This document shows, piece by piece, positions 40,171-53,500 of a DNA stretch of 64,000 bases. Below the pieces are notes generated by a model. The model searched no databases, had not been told where the DNA came from, and saw only the letters and a program-made list of their open reading frames with translations. The stretch covers positions 416,001 to 480,000 of the forward strand of contig CAWAWS010000039.1 in NCBI GenBank assembly GCA_963785725.1, in the 5' to 3' direction. Position numbers and translations under genes: made by a program. This DNA comes from an uncultured delta proteobacterium. GTDB lineage: Bacteria > Myxococcota_A > Polyangia > Palsa-1104. Each line of letters begins with the position of its first letter. The stretch's first letter is position 1.

Positions 40171-41301
40171 TCAGGCGCGCACCTCGGCGTGCTCGTGCCG
40201 GTCGATGCGCGCCAGCTTGTCGCGCGCGAACGCCGCGTACTCCCCCGCGTCGATGGCCGCGCGCACATCGCGCATCAGCTGCAAATAATGGTGCAGATTG
40301 TGCGTCGTCAACAGCCGCGGACCGAGCGGCTCGCCGCACTTCAGGAGGTGGAACAGATAGGCGCGGCTGAAGCGGGCGCAGGTCGAGCAGGCGCATTCGG
40401 CGTCGAGCGGCGCCTCCGAGCTGCGATATTCGGTGCGGCTGATCTTCACGCGGCCCGTCGACGTGAAGGCCGTGCCCTGCCAGGCGAGCGACGTCGGGAT
40501 GACGCAATCGAACATGTCGACGCCCCAGCCGACGGCGCGCAAGAGGTCGGGCGGCGTGCCGACGCCCATGAGGTAACGAGGACGATCGACCGGCAATAGA
40601 TCGGCGGCGAGCGCCGTCATCTCCTCGCGCTGCTCGCGCGTGTCGCCGACGGCCAGGCCGCCGATGGCGAAGCCGTCGAACGGATGCTCGCACAAGAACT
40701 GCACCGACTCTTGGCGCAGCTGCGGCACGACGCCGCCTTGCACGATCGCGAACAGCGCCTGCTCGGTCGTGCGCGCGGCTAGGCTGCGCAGCGCCCAGCG
40801 ATGCGTGCGCTCCATCGCGGCGCGCATCGTCGGCTCGTCGGCGGTGGAGTCGATGCACTCGTCGAGGACCATCATGATGTCGGAGCCGATGGCGGTCTGC
40901 ATTTCGATCGAGCGTTCGGGCGACAGCAGATGCGGGCGGCCGTCGATGTAGCTGCGGAAACGCGCGCCCTCTTCGGTCATGACGCGATTCGAGGGCAGCG
41001 AGAAGATCTGATAGCCGCCGGAATCGGTGAGCACCGGGCGCGGCCACTGCATGAACTGATGGATGCCGCCGAACTGCCGAAACAGCTCGGGACCCGGACG
41101 CAGCAAGAGGTGATAGGTGTTGGCGAGGACGATGGGCGCATCGAGGGCGAGCATTTCGTCCGACGACAGGCCGGTGACGGTCGCGCGCGTGCCGACGGCT
41201 TGGAAGACGGGCGTCTCGACGCTGCCGTGCGCGGTGTGGAAGGTGCCGCGACGGGCGCGCGAGCCCGGATCCCGGGCGCCGAGGGTGAAACGGAACGACA
41301 T
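40171..41301 (-). CDS. tgt: Queuine tRNA-ribosyltransferase
   Basis: LANTYHL, LTDSGGYQIFSL, MVLDEC, IVQGG, RYLMGVG, DMFDCV, CACSTC..HNLH Zn site. Confidence 0.95.
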   Translation of the reverse strand: MSFRFTLGARDPGSRARRGTFHTAHGSVETPVFQAVGTRATVTGLSSDEMLALDAPIVLANTYHLLLRPGPELFRQFGGIHQFMQWPRPVLTDSGGYQIFSLPSNRVMTEEGARFRSYIDGRPHLLSPERSIEMQTAIGSDIMMVLDECIDSTADEPTMRAAMERTHRWALRSLAARTTEQALFAIVQGGVVPQLRQESVQFLCEHPFDGFAIGGLAVGDTREQREEMTALAADLLPVDRPRYLMGVGTPPDLLRAVGWGVDMFDCVIPTSLAWQGTAFTSTGRVKISRTEYRSSEAPLDAECACSTCARFSRAYLFHLLKCGEPLGPRLLTTHNLHHYLQLMRDVRAAIDAGEYAAFARDKLARIDRHEHAEVRA

Positions 41302-41471
41302 GGGCGCAGCCTAGCAAACGCGCCGGCGGGAAGCGCACGAATCTGCGGTGTTCGACGTAGACGCCGTGAAATTGTGGCGGTTGCGTCGTCGATCGCGCGC
41401 CGGGCTGCCTTTGCCTGTCCCGGCTGGAGCGAATACCGGGAGGTTCCGTCGACAGCCGGTGCGCCTACGCT

Positions 41472-42836
41472 ATGATGATGCTCGACATGAATGACCGAGC
41501 CGATGCGCTGGTGATCTTCGGGGCTACGGGCGACCTCGCCTTCAAACAGATCTTCCCCGCCGTCCAGGCGCTGGCTGCCAACGGTCGCTGCGACGTGCCC
41601 GTCGTCGGCGTCGCGCGCGAAGAGTGGGGCATCTCCGAATTCCGCAAGCGCGTCGACGACAGCCTGACCGCCAACGCCGGCAAGCCGACCCGCGTCGACG
41701 AGCAGCTGGGCGCGCGGCTGCGCTACGTCGGCGGCGATTATCGCGACGAGGCGACGTTCACGAAGCTCAAAGCGGCGCTCGCCGGCACCCAGGCGCCGCT
41801 GTTCTACCTGGCGATTCCGTCGAGCATGTTCGCCACCGTCGTGCAGGCGCTGCAAAAGGCCGGGCTGACCGAGCACGCGCGCGTCGTCGTCGAGAAGCCG
41901 TTCGCGCGCGATTTCGCCTCGGCGCGCGAGCTGAACGCCAAGCTGGAGGCGGTCTTCCCGCAGGATCGGCTGTTTCGCATCGACCATTTCCTCGGGAAAG
42001 AGCCGGTGCAAAATCTGCTCTATTTCCGCTTCGCCAACGCGATCATGGAGCCGCTGTGGAACCGCGAGCACATCGAGAGCGTGCAGATTACGATGGCCGA
42101 GAATTTCGGCGTCAAAGGGCGGGGCGCGTTTTACGAGGAGACCGGCGCCATTCGTGACGTCGTGCAGAATCATCTGCTGCAGGTGACGGCGCATCTGGCG
42201 ATGGATCCGCCGTCGGCGGGCGAGTCGCCGCGGCAGGAGAGCGCGCGCCTGTTGGCGGCGATCGAGCCGCTGCAGCCCGGCGACGTCGTGCGCGGGCAGT
42301 TCCGCGGATATCGGCAGGAAAAAGGCGTCGATCCGCGGTCCAACGTCGAGACCTACGCGGCGGTGCGGCTGCATATCGACACCTGGCGTTGGGCGGGCGT
42401 CCCCTTTTACATTCGCGCCGGTAAGTGTCTGCCGGTGACGGCGACGGAAGTCTTTGTGACGTTCAAGCGGCCGCCGTTTTCGGTGTTCGGCGAGCCGGTC
42501 AGCGAGATGAAGAACTACGCGCGCATGCGGTTGGGGCCGACGGTGAACATCGCGGTCGGGATGCGCGTGAAGAAGGAGGGCGAGGCCATGGTCGGCGAGC
42601 CGGTCGAGCTGTTGGCGACGGAGGCGCAGGCCAAGCTGTTGGCGTACGAGCGGCTGCTCGGGGATGCGATGCGCGGCGATCAGACGCTGTTTGCGTCCGA
42701 GGCGCAGGTCGAGGCCGAATGGCGCGTCGTCGACGGGATCTTGAGCGAGTCGACGCCGCCGGTGGAGTACGAGCCGGGATCGTGGGGTCCGCCGACAGAC
42801 GCGCTGTTGCCGGGCGGCTGGCACGATCCCGTCTGA
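41472..42836 (+). CDS. zwf: Glucose-6-phosphate 1-dehydrogenase
   Basis: [46 protein letters not shown]. Confidence 0.95.
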   Translation: MMMLDMNDRADALVIFGATGDLAFKQIFPAVQALAANGRCDVPVVGVAREEWGISEFRKRVDDSLTANAGKPTRVDEQLGARLRYVGGDYRDEATFTKLKAALAGTQAPLFYLAIPSSMFATVVQALQKAGLTEHARVVVEKPFARDFASARELNAKLEAVFPQDRLFRIDHFLGKEPVQNLLYFRFANAIMEPLWNREHIESVQITMAENFGVKGRGAFYEETGAIRDVVQNHLLQVTAHLAMDPPSAGESPRQESARLLAAIEPLQPGDVVRGQFRGYRQEKGVDPRSNVETYAAVRLHIDTWRWAGVPFYIRAGKCLPVTATEVFVTFKRPPFSVFGEPVSEMKNYARMRLGPTVNIAVGMRVKKEGEAMVGEPVELLATEAQAKLLAYERLLGDAMRGDQTLFASEAQVEAEWRVVDGILSESTPPVEYEPGSWGPPTDALLPGGWHDPV

Positions 42837-42893
42837 GCAGGCGCGGCGAAGCGGCGAAGCGGCGGTCGCGGTCGCTTCGGACGACCGGCCGCA

Positions 42894-43002
42894 CCGCGTA
42901 TCACGGCCGATGCGATGCGTCGAAGCCGATGCGCTGTATCACGGTCGATGCGCCGTATCACGGCCGATGCGGCGTATATCACGGCCGATGCGCCGTATCG
43001 GC
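42894..43002. repeat. About 19-bp tandem repeat GTATCACGGYCGATGCG, 4-5 copies
   Basis: Read directly; shares the GCCGTATC/GATACGGC core with the array downstream of the kinase. Confidence 0.8.
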
Positions 43003-43121
43003 TCGCGCTGACGGTGTCGCCGCGGGCGGACGGTCACGGCCGCGGGCCGCCCCTGATCGCCGCGCGCCACTGCCGTCGCCGACGCACGCCGTCGCCGCTT
43101 CGCTGCTAAGATCTTCGTCCC

Positions 43122-46316
<3,195 letters not shown>

Positions 46317-46328
<12 letters not shown>

Positions 46329-46752
46329 CGCCGAAATTACGCCGTATCGCGGCAGGCGCCGATACAGCGTAGCGCTGGGAATACGCTGTATCGAAGCGCA
46401 ATCGTCGATACGACGTAGCGCGGAGGATACGCTGTATCGAAGCGCGGTCGCCGATACGGCGCAGCGTGGGGAACGCGCTGTATTGAACCGCGAGCGCCGA
46501 TACGGCGTAGCGTGGGGAATGAGCTGTATCGAAGCGCGAGTGCCGATACGGCGTGGTGCGGAGAATACGCCGCGCGGTCGCCGATACAGCGTAGCGCGGA
46601 GAATACGATGTATTGAAGCGCGAACGCCGATACGGCGCAGCGTGGGGAACGCTTCTGTATTGAAGCGCGGTCGCCGATACGGCGTAGCGCGGAAAATACG
46701 CCGTATCAGGCGCGGCTATCGATACACTGTAGCGTCGAAAATACGCTGTATC
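46317..46752. repeat. Tandem array of 10 hairpin units, modal period 46 bp
   Basis: GATAC starts at 46317, 46361, 46407, 46453, 46499, 46545, 46583, 46629, 46676, 46721; consensus GATACRGCGTA-N10-TACGCTGTATC. Confidence 0.9.
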
Positions 46753-46859
46753 GCGGCGGTCGATCCGAAACGTCTGCCGATCGACCGCCGGTGCCGGACC
46801 AGCGACTGCCGGCTTGCCGCAGCCGACCGTGGACTGCCGGCCGACCGCGGTGGCGCGGC

Positions 46860-46891
46860 GATACGCCGTAGCGGCCGCGCTACGGCGTATC
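46860..46891. terminator. Perfect 14-bp hairpin of the same motif family between convergent genes
   Basis: GATACGCCGTAGCG-GCCG-CGCTACGGCGTATC; no U-tract. Confidence 0.4.
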
Positions 46892-46905
46892 GCGCGCCCG
46901 CGCCG

Positions 46906-48006
46906 CTAGTCGACGCCGTCCGCGAGCCAGACGCCCCCCTCGGCGCTGCGCGTGGCGATCGTCGGACAAGGCGGCAGCAAAACCCCGTTGCAGATGCCGT
47001 TGAAGCCGAGCTCGGGATGCCGCATTTTGCCGACGCAAGTGGCTCCCGTCGGCGTCCAATAGGCCTCGACCTGCTGAATCTCGCTGTCCTCGATGTGCGA
47101 CGAATCATCGATCAAGATCTGCGTGCCCGAGATCGTGTAGTAGCTGCTGTCGCCGCAATATGACGCGCGCTTCATGTGCAGCCCGGCCGCGAAGAAGTAG
47201 TCGCTGCCGCTGGCGTAGGGATAGCCCCACCAATAGACGGTCGCGATGCCGCCGCGGCGACAGGAGAGCGTGACCGTGTCCACCGTCGTCGCGTCGCGCG
47301 TGACCGCCGCCGTCGTCGGATTGACGGCGATGCCGCGCTGGAACACGACCGGATCGAGCTTGCCGTTGGCGTCGTAGCAGTACGATTGATCGGTCGTCGC
47401 GCCCTCGACCTTCCACGTCATGTCGTACTTGCGCAGCGGCCGCACGCCCGCCTCCGTCAGCACCGAGTCGAACCCAATGACGTACATATCGAGCTTGCCC
47501 GTCGCCGGATCGGCGAAGCTCAGGTGCAGCTTCAGGTTCACCAGCGCCGCATTGCTGACGTCGATCAGCGTACCGTTGGTCTCTTGCAGCACCCAGGTCG
47601 GCACGGTGTTGGTCTCCGTCACCGACTTGACCTCGAGCCCGGTGACGCCCTGATAGTCGGCCGACCAGACGCTGCCCGGCTCCGGCAACATCAGCCACTG
47701 ATTCTGCCGGGAGTCGTAGTAGCGCGCCTGAAACGTCACCGCCGTGCCCGTGTTCTGGAAGCTGGTGATCATCGCCTGCAGCGTGTCGTCGATATAGGCG
47801 TGGCCGCCCTCGTCGGTGTAGACGCCGACGCCGTTCGACATGGTGCAGTCGGTCGTCGGATCGGGACAGCGGTACTTGATCTCCGCCGTTTCGCTGCCGG
47901 TCGTCATCGTAGGCGGCGTCGTCTCCACGCCACAGCCGCCACACAACAACAGCGCGAACAGCACGCCCCCTTTGCTTCGCTCGCTGCCTGTCATTCCCAT
48001 GTTCAT
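46906..48006 (-). CDS. ADYC-domain secreted protein or lipoprotein
   Basis: Lipobox CGGC; TLSCRRGGIA..WWGY..HMKRASYCGD...TISGT.I..EAYWTPTGATC; start may be 48006, 48000 or 47994. Confidence 0.75.
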   Translation of the reverse strand: MNMGMTGSERSKGGVLFALLLCGGCGVETTPPTMTTGSETAEIKYRCPDPTTDCTMSNGVGVYTDEGGHAYIDDTLQAMITSFQNTGTAVTFQARYYDSRQNQWLMLPEPGSVWSADYQGVTGLEVKSVTETNTVPTWVLQETNGTLIDVSNAALVNLKLHLSFADPATGKLDMYVIGFDSVLTEAGVRPLRKYDMTWKVEGATTDQSYCYDANGKLDPVVFQRGIAVNPTTAAVTRDATTVDTVTLSCRRGGIATVYWWGYPYASGSDYFFAAGLHMKRASYCGDSSYYTISGTQILIDDSSHIEDSEIQQVEAYWTPTGATCVGKMRHPELGFNGICNGVLLPPCPTIATRSAEGGVWLADGVD

Positions 48007-48174
48007 TCCCCTCCGAATTCGTGACCCGCCGTACCCCTCAGCAAAGGGCGGGCCGCTGTCGTCATGGCGGCGAGCGCCCATAAGTCCACGGCCGGCGCGG
48101 GTTTCGCAGCGGCACGTGCCTCGACACCGCGGCGATTGTGCCAGAACGTGTCAGCCGGCTACTCGCGGCGCCGC

Positions 48175-49614
48175 ATGTATAATCGCGCCAGCCTCGTGGA
48201 CCATCCGACCCTTCCCCCCAGCGAACCCGGCCAGCGCGGCGGTAATGATGACGCCGATCATGTACCCGGCCTCGTCCTCGTTTTTTGCAGCGGCGCGCCG
48301 CGCGCGGAGGTCATGCGCCTCACGTCGGGCGCGCTCGAGCTCGGGCGCGGCGAAGGCGCCGCCGGCAAGCTCGCCGACGGTCGCGTCTCGCGCCGCCACG
48401 CGCTCGTCGAGCATGACGGCGGCGGCTTTCGCGTCACCGATCTCGGCAGCCAAAACGGCACCAGCGCCGACGCGCAGCCGCTGCCACCGCACACGCCGAC
48501 GACGCTGCAACGCCTACTGCGCGTGGGCGATTCGCTGTTGATGCCGCTGCCCGACGTGCGCCCGCTCGAGCGTCATCCGCTGCGGCGCGTCGACGGCATG
48601 ATCCGCGGCGCGGCGCTGCAGCTGGTGCTCGAGGACGCGGCGCGCGCGGCACGGGCCGGCGCGACTTTGCATATTCGCGGCGAGAGCGGCAGCGGCAAGG
48701 AGGGCGTGGCGCAGGCGTTCCATCGCGCCGCCGCGCGCGACGGCGGCCAGCTCGTCGCCGTCAACTGCGCGTCGATCCCGCCCAATTTGGCCGAGCGGCT
48801 GCTGTTCGGCGCCAAGCGCGGCGCCTACTCGGGCGCCGAGAGCGACGCCGCCGGTTATGTGCAAGAGGCCGACGGCGGCACGCTCTTCCTCGACGAGGTG
48901 GCCGAGCTCGACTTGGCGGTGCAGGCGAAGCTCTTGCGCGTGCTCGAGTCGAAGGAGCTCTTGCCGCTCGGCGCTTCCAAGCCGCGTAAAGTCGACTTCC
49001 AGTTCTGCTCGGCGACGCACAAAGATCTGCGAGCGCTCGTTGCTGGTGAGCGGCTGCGCGAGGATCTGTACTTTCGCATCGGCCGGCCGGCGTTGACGCT
49101 GCCGCCGCTGCGCAATCGTCCCGAGGAGATTCCGGCGCTGGTCGCCGACGAGCTGAGTCGCGCGACGCCGCCGGCGAGCGCGCACGTGTCGCTCGTCGAG
49201 CAGTGTCTGTTGCGCGCGTGGCCGGGCAACGTGCGCGAGCTCTTGGCCGAAGTGCGGGCGGCGGCGCAGACGGCGGCGCGCGACGGTGGGCGCGTCATGG
49301 CGCAGCATCTGTCGCCGACGGCGGGCAGCGCGTTCGGCGGGACGGCGGCGATGGCGACGGCAGCCGGCGCGGCGCTCCCGGCCGGCGATCCGGCGGGCAC
49401 GCCGACGTCGACGCCGACGCCGCGCAAGCGCATGCCGCAAGTCGACGACGATTGGCGACGGCGGATCCAGGACGCGCTGCGCGTCAACGGCGGCAACATC
49501 GCGGCGACGGCGCGGGCGCTCGGCCTGCATCGCACGCAGCTGCGCCGGCTGCTCGAGCGTCATCAGATCGACGTCGCCGACAGCGGCAGCGACGACGATT
49601 CCGTCGACGACTGA
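48175..49614 (+). CDS. FHA-domain sigma-54-dependent activator (Fis HTH)
   Basis: LGRG..VSRRHA..DLGSQNGT; GESGSGKE, GAYSGA, LFLDEV, WPGNVREL; C-terminal HTH. Confidence 0.9.
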   Translation: MYNRASLVDHPTLPPSEPGQRGGNDDADHVPGLVLVFCSGAPRAEVMRLTSGALELGRGEGAAGKLADGRVSRRHALVEHDGGGFRVTDLGSQNGTSADAQPLPPHTPTTLQRLLRVGDSLLMPLPDVRPLERHPLRRVDGMIRGAALQLVLEDAARAARAGATLHIRGESGSGKEGVAQAFHRAAARDGGQLVAVNCASIPPNLAERLLFGAKRGAYSGAESDAAGYVQEADGGTLFLDEVAELDLAVQAKLLRVLESKELLPLGASKPRKVDFQFCSATHKDLRALVAGERLREDLYFRIGRPALTLPPLRNRPEEIPALVADELSRATPPASAHVSLVEQCLLRAWPGNVRELLAEVRAAAQTAARDGGRVMAQHLSPTAGSAFGGTAAMATAAGAALPAGDPAGTPTSTPTPRKRMPQVDDDWRRRIQDALRVNGGNIAATARALGLHRTQLRRLLERHQIDVADSGSDDDSVDD

Positions 49615-49723
49615 AGCCGGCGCCACGACCGACGCGCCCGAGCGCGCCACCGAGTCGCCGTCAGGCGCGACGACGCGGGCTTGGTCGCGAGCTGCCTTTT
49701 GCGGCTGCGAAAGCCATGCGGTT

Positions 49724-49871
49724 GATCGGCGGAGGCGTGTCTCGGCAACGCGCCAATGGTCGCGCGCACCACAGAATGCAGGCGCGACGCGACATCCGAT
49801 CGGCGGAGGCGTGTCTCGGCAACGCGCCAATGGTCGCGCGCTGCACGGAATGCAGGCGCGAGGCGACATCG
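49724..49871. repeat. 74-bp direct repeat, 2 copies
   Basis: GATCGGCGGAGGCGTGTCTCGGCAACGCGCCAATGGTCGCGCGC at 49724 and 49798. Confidence 0.9.
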
Positions 49872-49952
49872 AAGCGAGCGGTTGCTGCGCATACGACGCC
49901 GCTCTGTCGACGAATACCGCTGCGTTCGTCAGGATCGCGGGTGCGCTCGTTA

Positions 49953-50582
49953 CTATGGCGCGGTCGGACGCGTGAGCGGGCGTTGCATGCGGCGAAAGCC
50001 GTCGAGCCCGCGGCGACCGCGATAGGGACGCTCGCCGACGACGACGAAGCCGAGCCGTTCGTAGAGCCGCTGTGCGCGCGGGTTGCCGAACGAGACGTCG
50101 AATTCGGCGACGGTCAGCGACAGATCGGGCGTCGTGCACACATGCGCGAGGAACGCGGCGAACAGGCCTTGGCTGCGGCGATCGGCGACGACACAGGCGT
50201 TGGCGAGGAACAGGCTGTCGCGGCGCGGCGTGGCGAAGAGCGACGTCAGCGCCAACGAGCGCCACACCGCGCGCAAGAAGCGGCCGACGCCGAGCGCGCC
50301 GAAGGCCGAGCGCAGCGTGTGCAGCGACAAGCGGTTGATGTCGCGGCCGCGGTAGGCGGTCAGGGTGGCGACGAGCTGGCCGTCGGCGGCGATGGCGACG
50401 ATTTGGTGGCGATAGCCGAAGATGCCGTCGCCGCGCAGGAAGTCGCGGCGCAGGAACGGCTCGGGCCCGTCGTCGCCGAAGCGGAAGCAGGCGTCGACGA
50501 GGCCGCGCGACGACTCGTACATCAGCGGCACGACGGCGTCGGCGTCTTCGGGGCGCGCGGGGCGAAAGTGGAGCTCGGTCAT
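49953..50582 (-). CDS. GNAT N-acetyltransferase, last gene of the beta-lactone operon
   Basis: FRPARPEDA, RSQGL (motif A), NPRAQRLYERLGF; ATGA overlap with the NRPS stop. Confidence 0.9.
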   Translation of the reverse strand: MTELHFRPARPEDADAVVPLMYESSRGLVDACFRFGDDGPEPFLRRDFLRGDGIFGYRHQIVAIAADGQLVATLTAYRGRDINRLSLHTLRSAFGALGVGRFLRAVWRSLALTSLFATPRRDSLFLANACVVADRRSQGLFAAFLAHVCTTPDLSLTVAEFDVSFGNPRAQRLYERLGFVVVGERPYRGRRGLDGFRRMQRPLTRPTAP

Positions 50583-53500
50583 GTCTGGGCCTCGGCGGCG
50601 GCGGCGCGGCGGACGTCGCGGATGGCGGCGCATAGTCCGCCCAGCGTCGGGCGGCGCAAGATGGGGCGAATGTGCTGCATGAAGCGCGGCTCGAGGTCGG
50701 CGCCGACGATGCGATGGCCGATGGCGGCGAAGAGCTGGACCATTTGCAGCGAGTCGCCGCCGAGGGCGTGGAAGTCGCTGTCGGGGTGGATGGCGGCGGC
50801 GTCGACGGCGAGCAGCTCGGACCAAATGGCGGCGACGGCCGCGGTCAGCGCGTCCGCCGATGCGGCCGGCGCGCCGTTTGCGCCGTGGACGGCCGCGGTT
50901 TGCGCGTCGGCGCGCGGCGACGCGAGCTGGGGCGCGTCCGCGCCGCGCGACGCGAGCTGGGGAGCGTGCGAGGCGAGCGGCGCGAGCTGGGGCGCGTTCG
51001 GCGAGAGTGGGGGCGCGTTCGCGGCGAGCGGCGCGACGATGTTCGCGGCGGGCGTGGCGAGGGTCGCGTCGCCGTCAGATGACGTCGGTGCGGTCGCCGC
51101 GCGCTGCATGTGGTCGGCGGGATTCGGCAGCCGCCGTAAGTCGGCCTTGCCGTTGACGGTCAGCGCAATCTCGTCGACCGCGAAGATGAACGACGGGATC
51201 ATGAACGCCGGCAGCTGACGCTCGAGCGCCCGTCGCAGCGCCGCCTCATCGACGACCGCGTGGCGCCGGGTTTCGTCCGCGCCCGTCGGCTGCGCGCCGG
51301 CGAGCGAGGTCTGCGCGGCGGTTTCGTCGATCACTGCGGGCCGACGAGATGCGTTGGCTGGCGTTGCCTGCGCGTCGGCGAGCGAGGTTCGCGAGGCGGC
51401 TTCGTCGCCGCTCGCTGCGCTTCGCGCGCGTTCGCCATCGATCGCGCTCGGCACGTAATACGCGCACAAGATCGGATCGCCGCCGGCGCCGCCCGCTCGC
51501 GCGCGACCGACGACCAGCGCCTGCGCCACGCCCGGCTGCGCCGCGATCACCGCCTCGATTTCGCCCGGCTCGATGCGATGGCCGCGAATCTTCACCTGCT
51601 CGTCGGCGCGGCCGAGGAACTCGAGCAGGCCGCGACCGTTCAGCCGTGCCAGGTCGCCGGTTCGATAGGCGCGGCGACCGTCAAGTAGCTTGACGAATCG
51701 TTCGCGATTCAGATCCGGACGGTCCAGATAGCCGCGCGCCAGACAGTCGCCGGCCAAGTACAGCTCGCCGCTGGCGCCGCGTGCGACTGGGCGGCGGTCG
51801 GCGTCGAGGAGGTGGGCTTGCATGTTGCGGCCGGGGACGCCGATGGGCACGGCCGCCAAGTCGCCGTCGCGCGCGGCGTCGAAGACGTGGCAGACGCAGC
51901 CGATGGTGGCCTCGGTGGGGCCGTATTCGTTGACGATGCGGCAGTCGGCGCCGAAGCGCGCTTGCGCTTTGCGTGCGAGCGTCATCGTAAGCTGCTCGCC
52001 GCCGACGATGAGCGTGCGAAAGCCGCGCGGCGCCGCTCCCTCGAGCTGCGTGATGAGCTGAAGGTGCGTCGGCGTCAGCTTGAGCGCGTTGGCGCCGCTG
52101 TCGTGCAGGATCGTGCGCAGCGTCAGATGATCGAGCGCCTCGGGCACGAGCGCGATGCTGCCGCCGGCCAGCAGCGGCGGGAAGATCGCCGTCGCCGTGA
52201 GGTCGAACGCGAGCGACGTGAAGAGCGCGAAGCGGCTGCCGGCGTCGATGCCGTAGGCCGCTTGGGCCCAGCCGACGTAGTTGACGAGGCTGCGATGCTC
52301 GATCTGCACGCCCTTCGGCTGCCCGGTCGACCCCGAAGTGTACAAAATGTAAGCAAGCGATCGAGGATCCTCGTCGATCGGCGTGAAGACACGATGTCTT
52401 TCCGTCGGCCTGAAAGCGCTGGGTTCGTTCGTCGGCGGCACGGCGCCGTGCGTGTCGACCGCCGCGACCGCGCTGTGCCCGTCGGTCGGTGCGACGGCGC
52501 TGTGCCCGTCGGTCGGTGCGACGGCGCTGTGCCCGTCGGTCGGCACGACGGCGCTGTATCTGTCGCGCGGCGCAACCGCGCTGTGTCCATCGAGCTGCCC
52601 AACGGAGCCGTGTTCGTCGAGCGGCGCAATGGCACTGTGTTCGTCGAGCGGTGCAACGGCACTGTGTTCGTCGGTCGGCGGAACCGGGCCGTGTCTGTCG
52701 ACCGCGACAACGGCGACGCGCGTGTCGGTCGGCGCAACGGTGGCGTGTGCTTCAGTCGGCACAAGGGCGCTGCGGTCTGCGGTCGACATCGCCGCGTCGT
52801 CGCCGAGCTCGTGGGCGAGCGCGAGGGCGCCGGTGAAGACGCCGTCGAGCCGCGCGGCGTGGGCGCGCGTCGTCAGGCAGAGCGCGGCGCGGGCGTCGGT
52901 CAGCAGCCAGCCGAGCCGCTCGGCGGGATATTGCGGATCGAGCGGCAGATAAGCGGCTCCAGCTTTGATGATGCCGAACATCATTACGATCGCTTGCGGA
53001 TCGCGGTCGACGAGCAGGCCGACGACTGCGCCGGCGCCGACGCCGCGGGCTCGCAGTGCGGCGGCCACGGCGTCCGAGCGTCGCGCCAGCGCAGCGTAGG
53101 TCACGGTCTCGTCGCCGCACACGAGCGCGACGGCGTCTGGCGTGCGCGCCGCCTGGTCGGCGAACAGGCCGGCGACCGTGCGCGCCGGAATCGGCGCCGC
53201 CGTGTCGTTGGCCGCCCACTCATCCAGGGACGGTCGAGAGCCGTCGTCATCATTAGTGGCGTCGGCCGGCGCTGGGGTCGTAGCCGGGCGTTCTTTGGCA
53301 GCGGCGCTCGGATGCTGTAGCCGGTCTGGCGCGCGGAGGTCTTCGCCGTCCAGCGTTCCAATGTCATTCCGCTCGGGCGCCGACACCGCGTCGAGACGCG
53401 GTTGAACGCTAACGTTGCGCGAGGGCGAGTTCGTGCCGTTGGCTATGGCTTCGCTGCGCGAGGGCGGGTTCGTGCCGTTGGCGACGCCGTCGCTGCGCGA

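Noticed and set aside
39742..40268. Arg/Ala-rich ORFs or extension upstream of the MnmC-like gene
   Set aside because: They are read-through of GC-rich repeats, with no start coupled to the tgt stop.
46483..47163. 226-aa ORF
   Set aside because: It is a translation of the hairpin array and is antisense to the ADYC gene.
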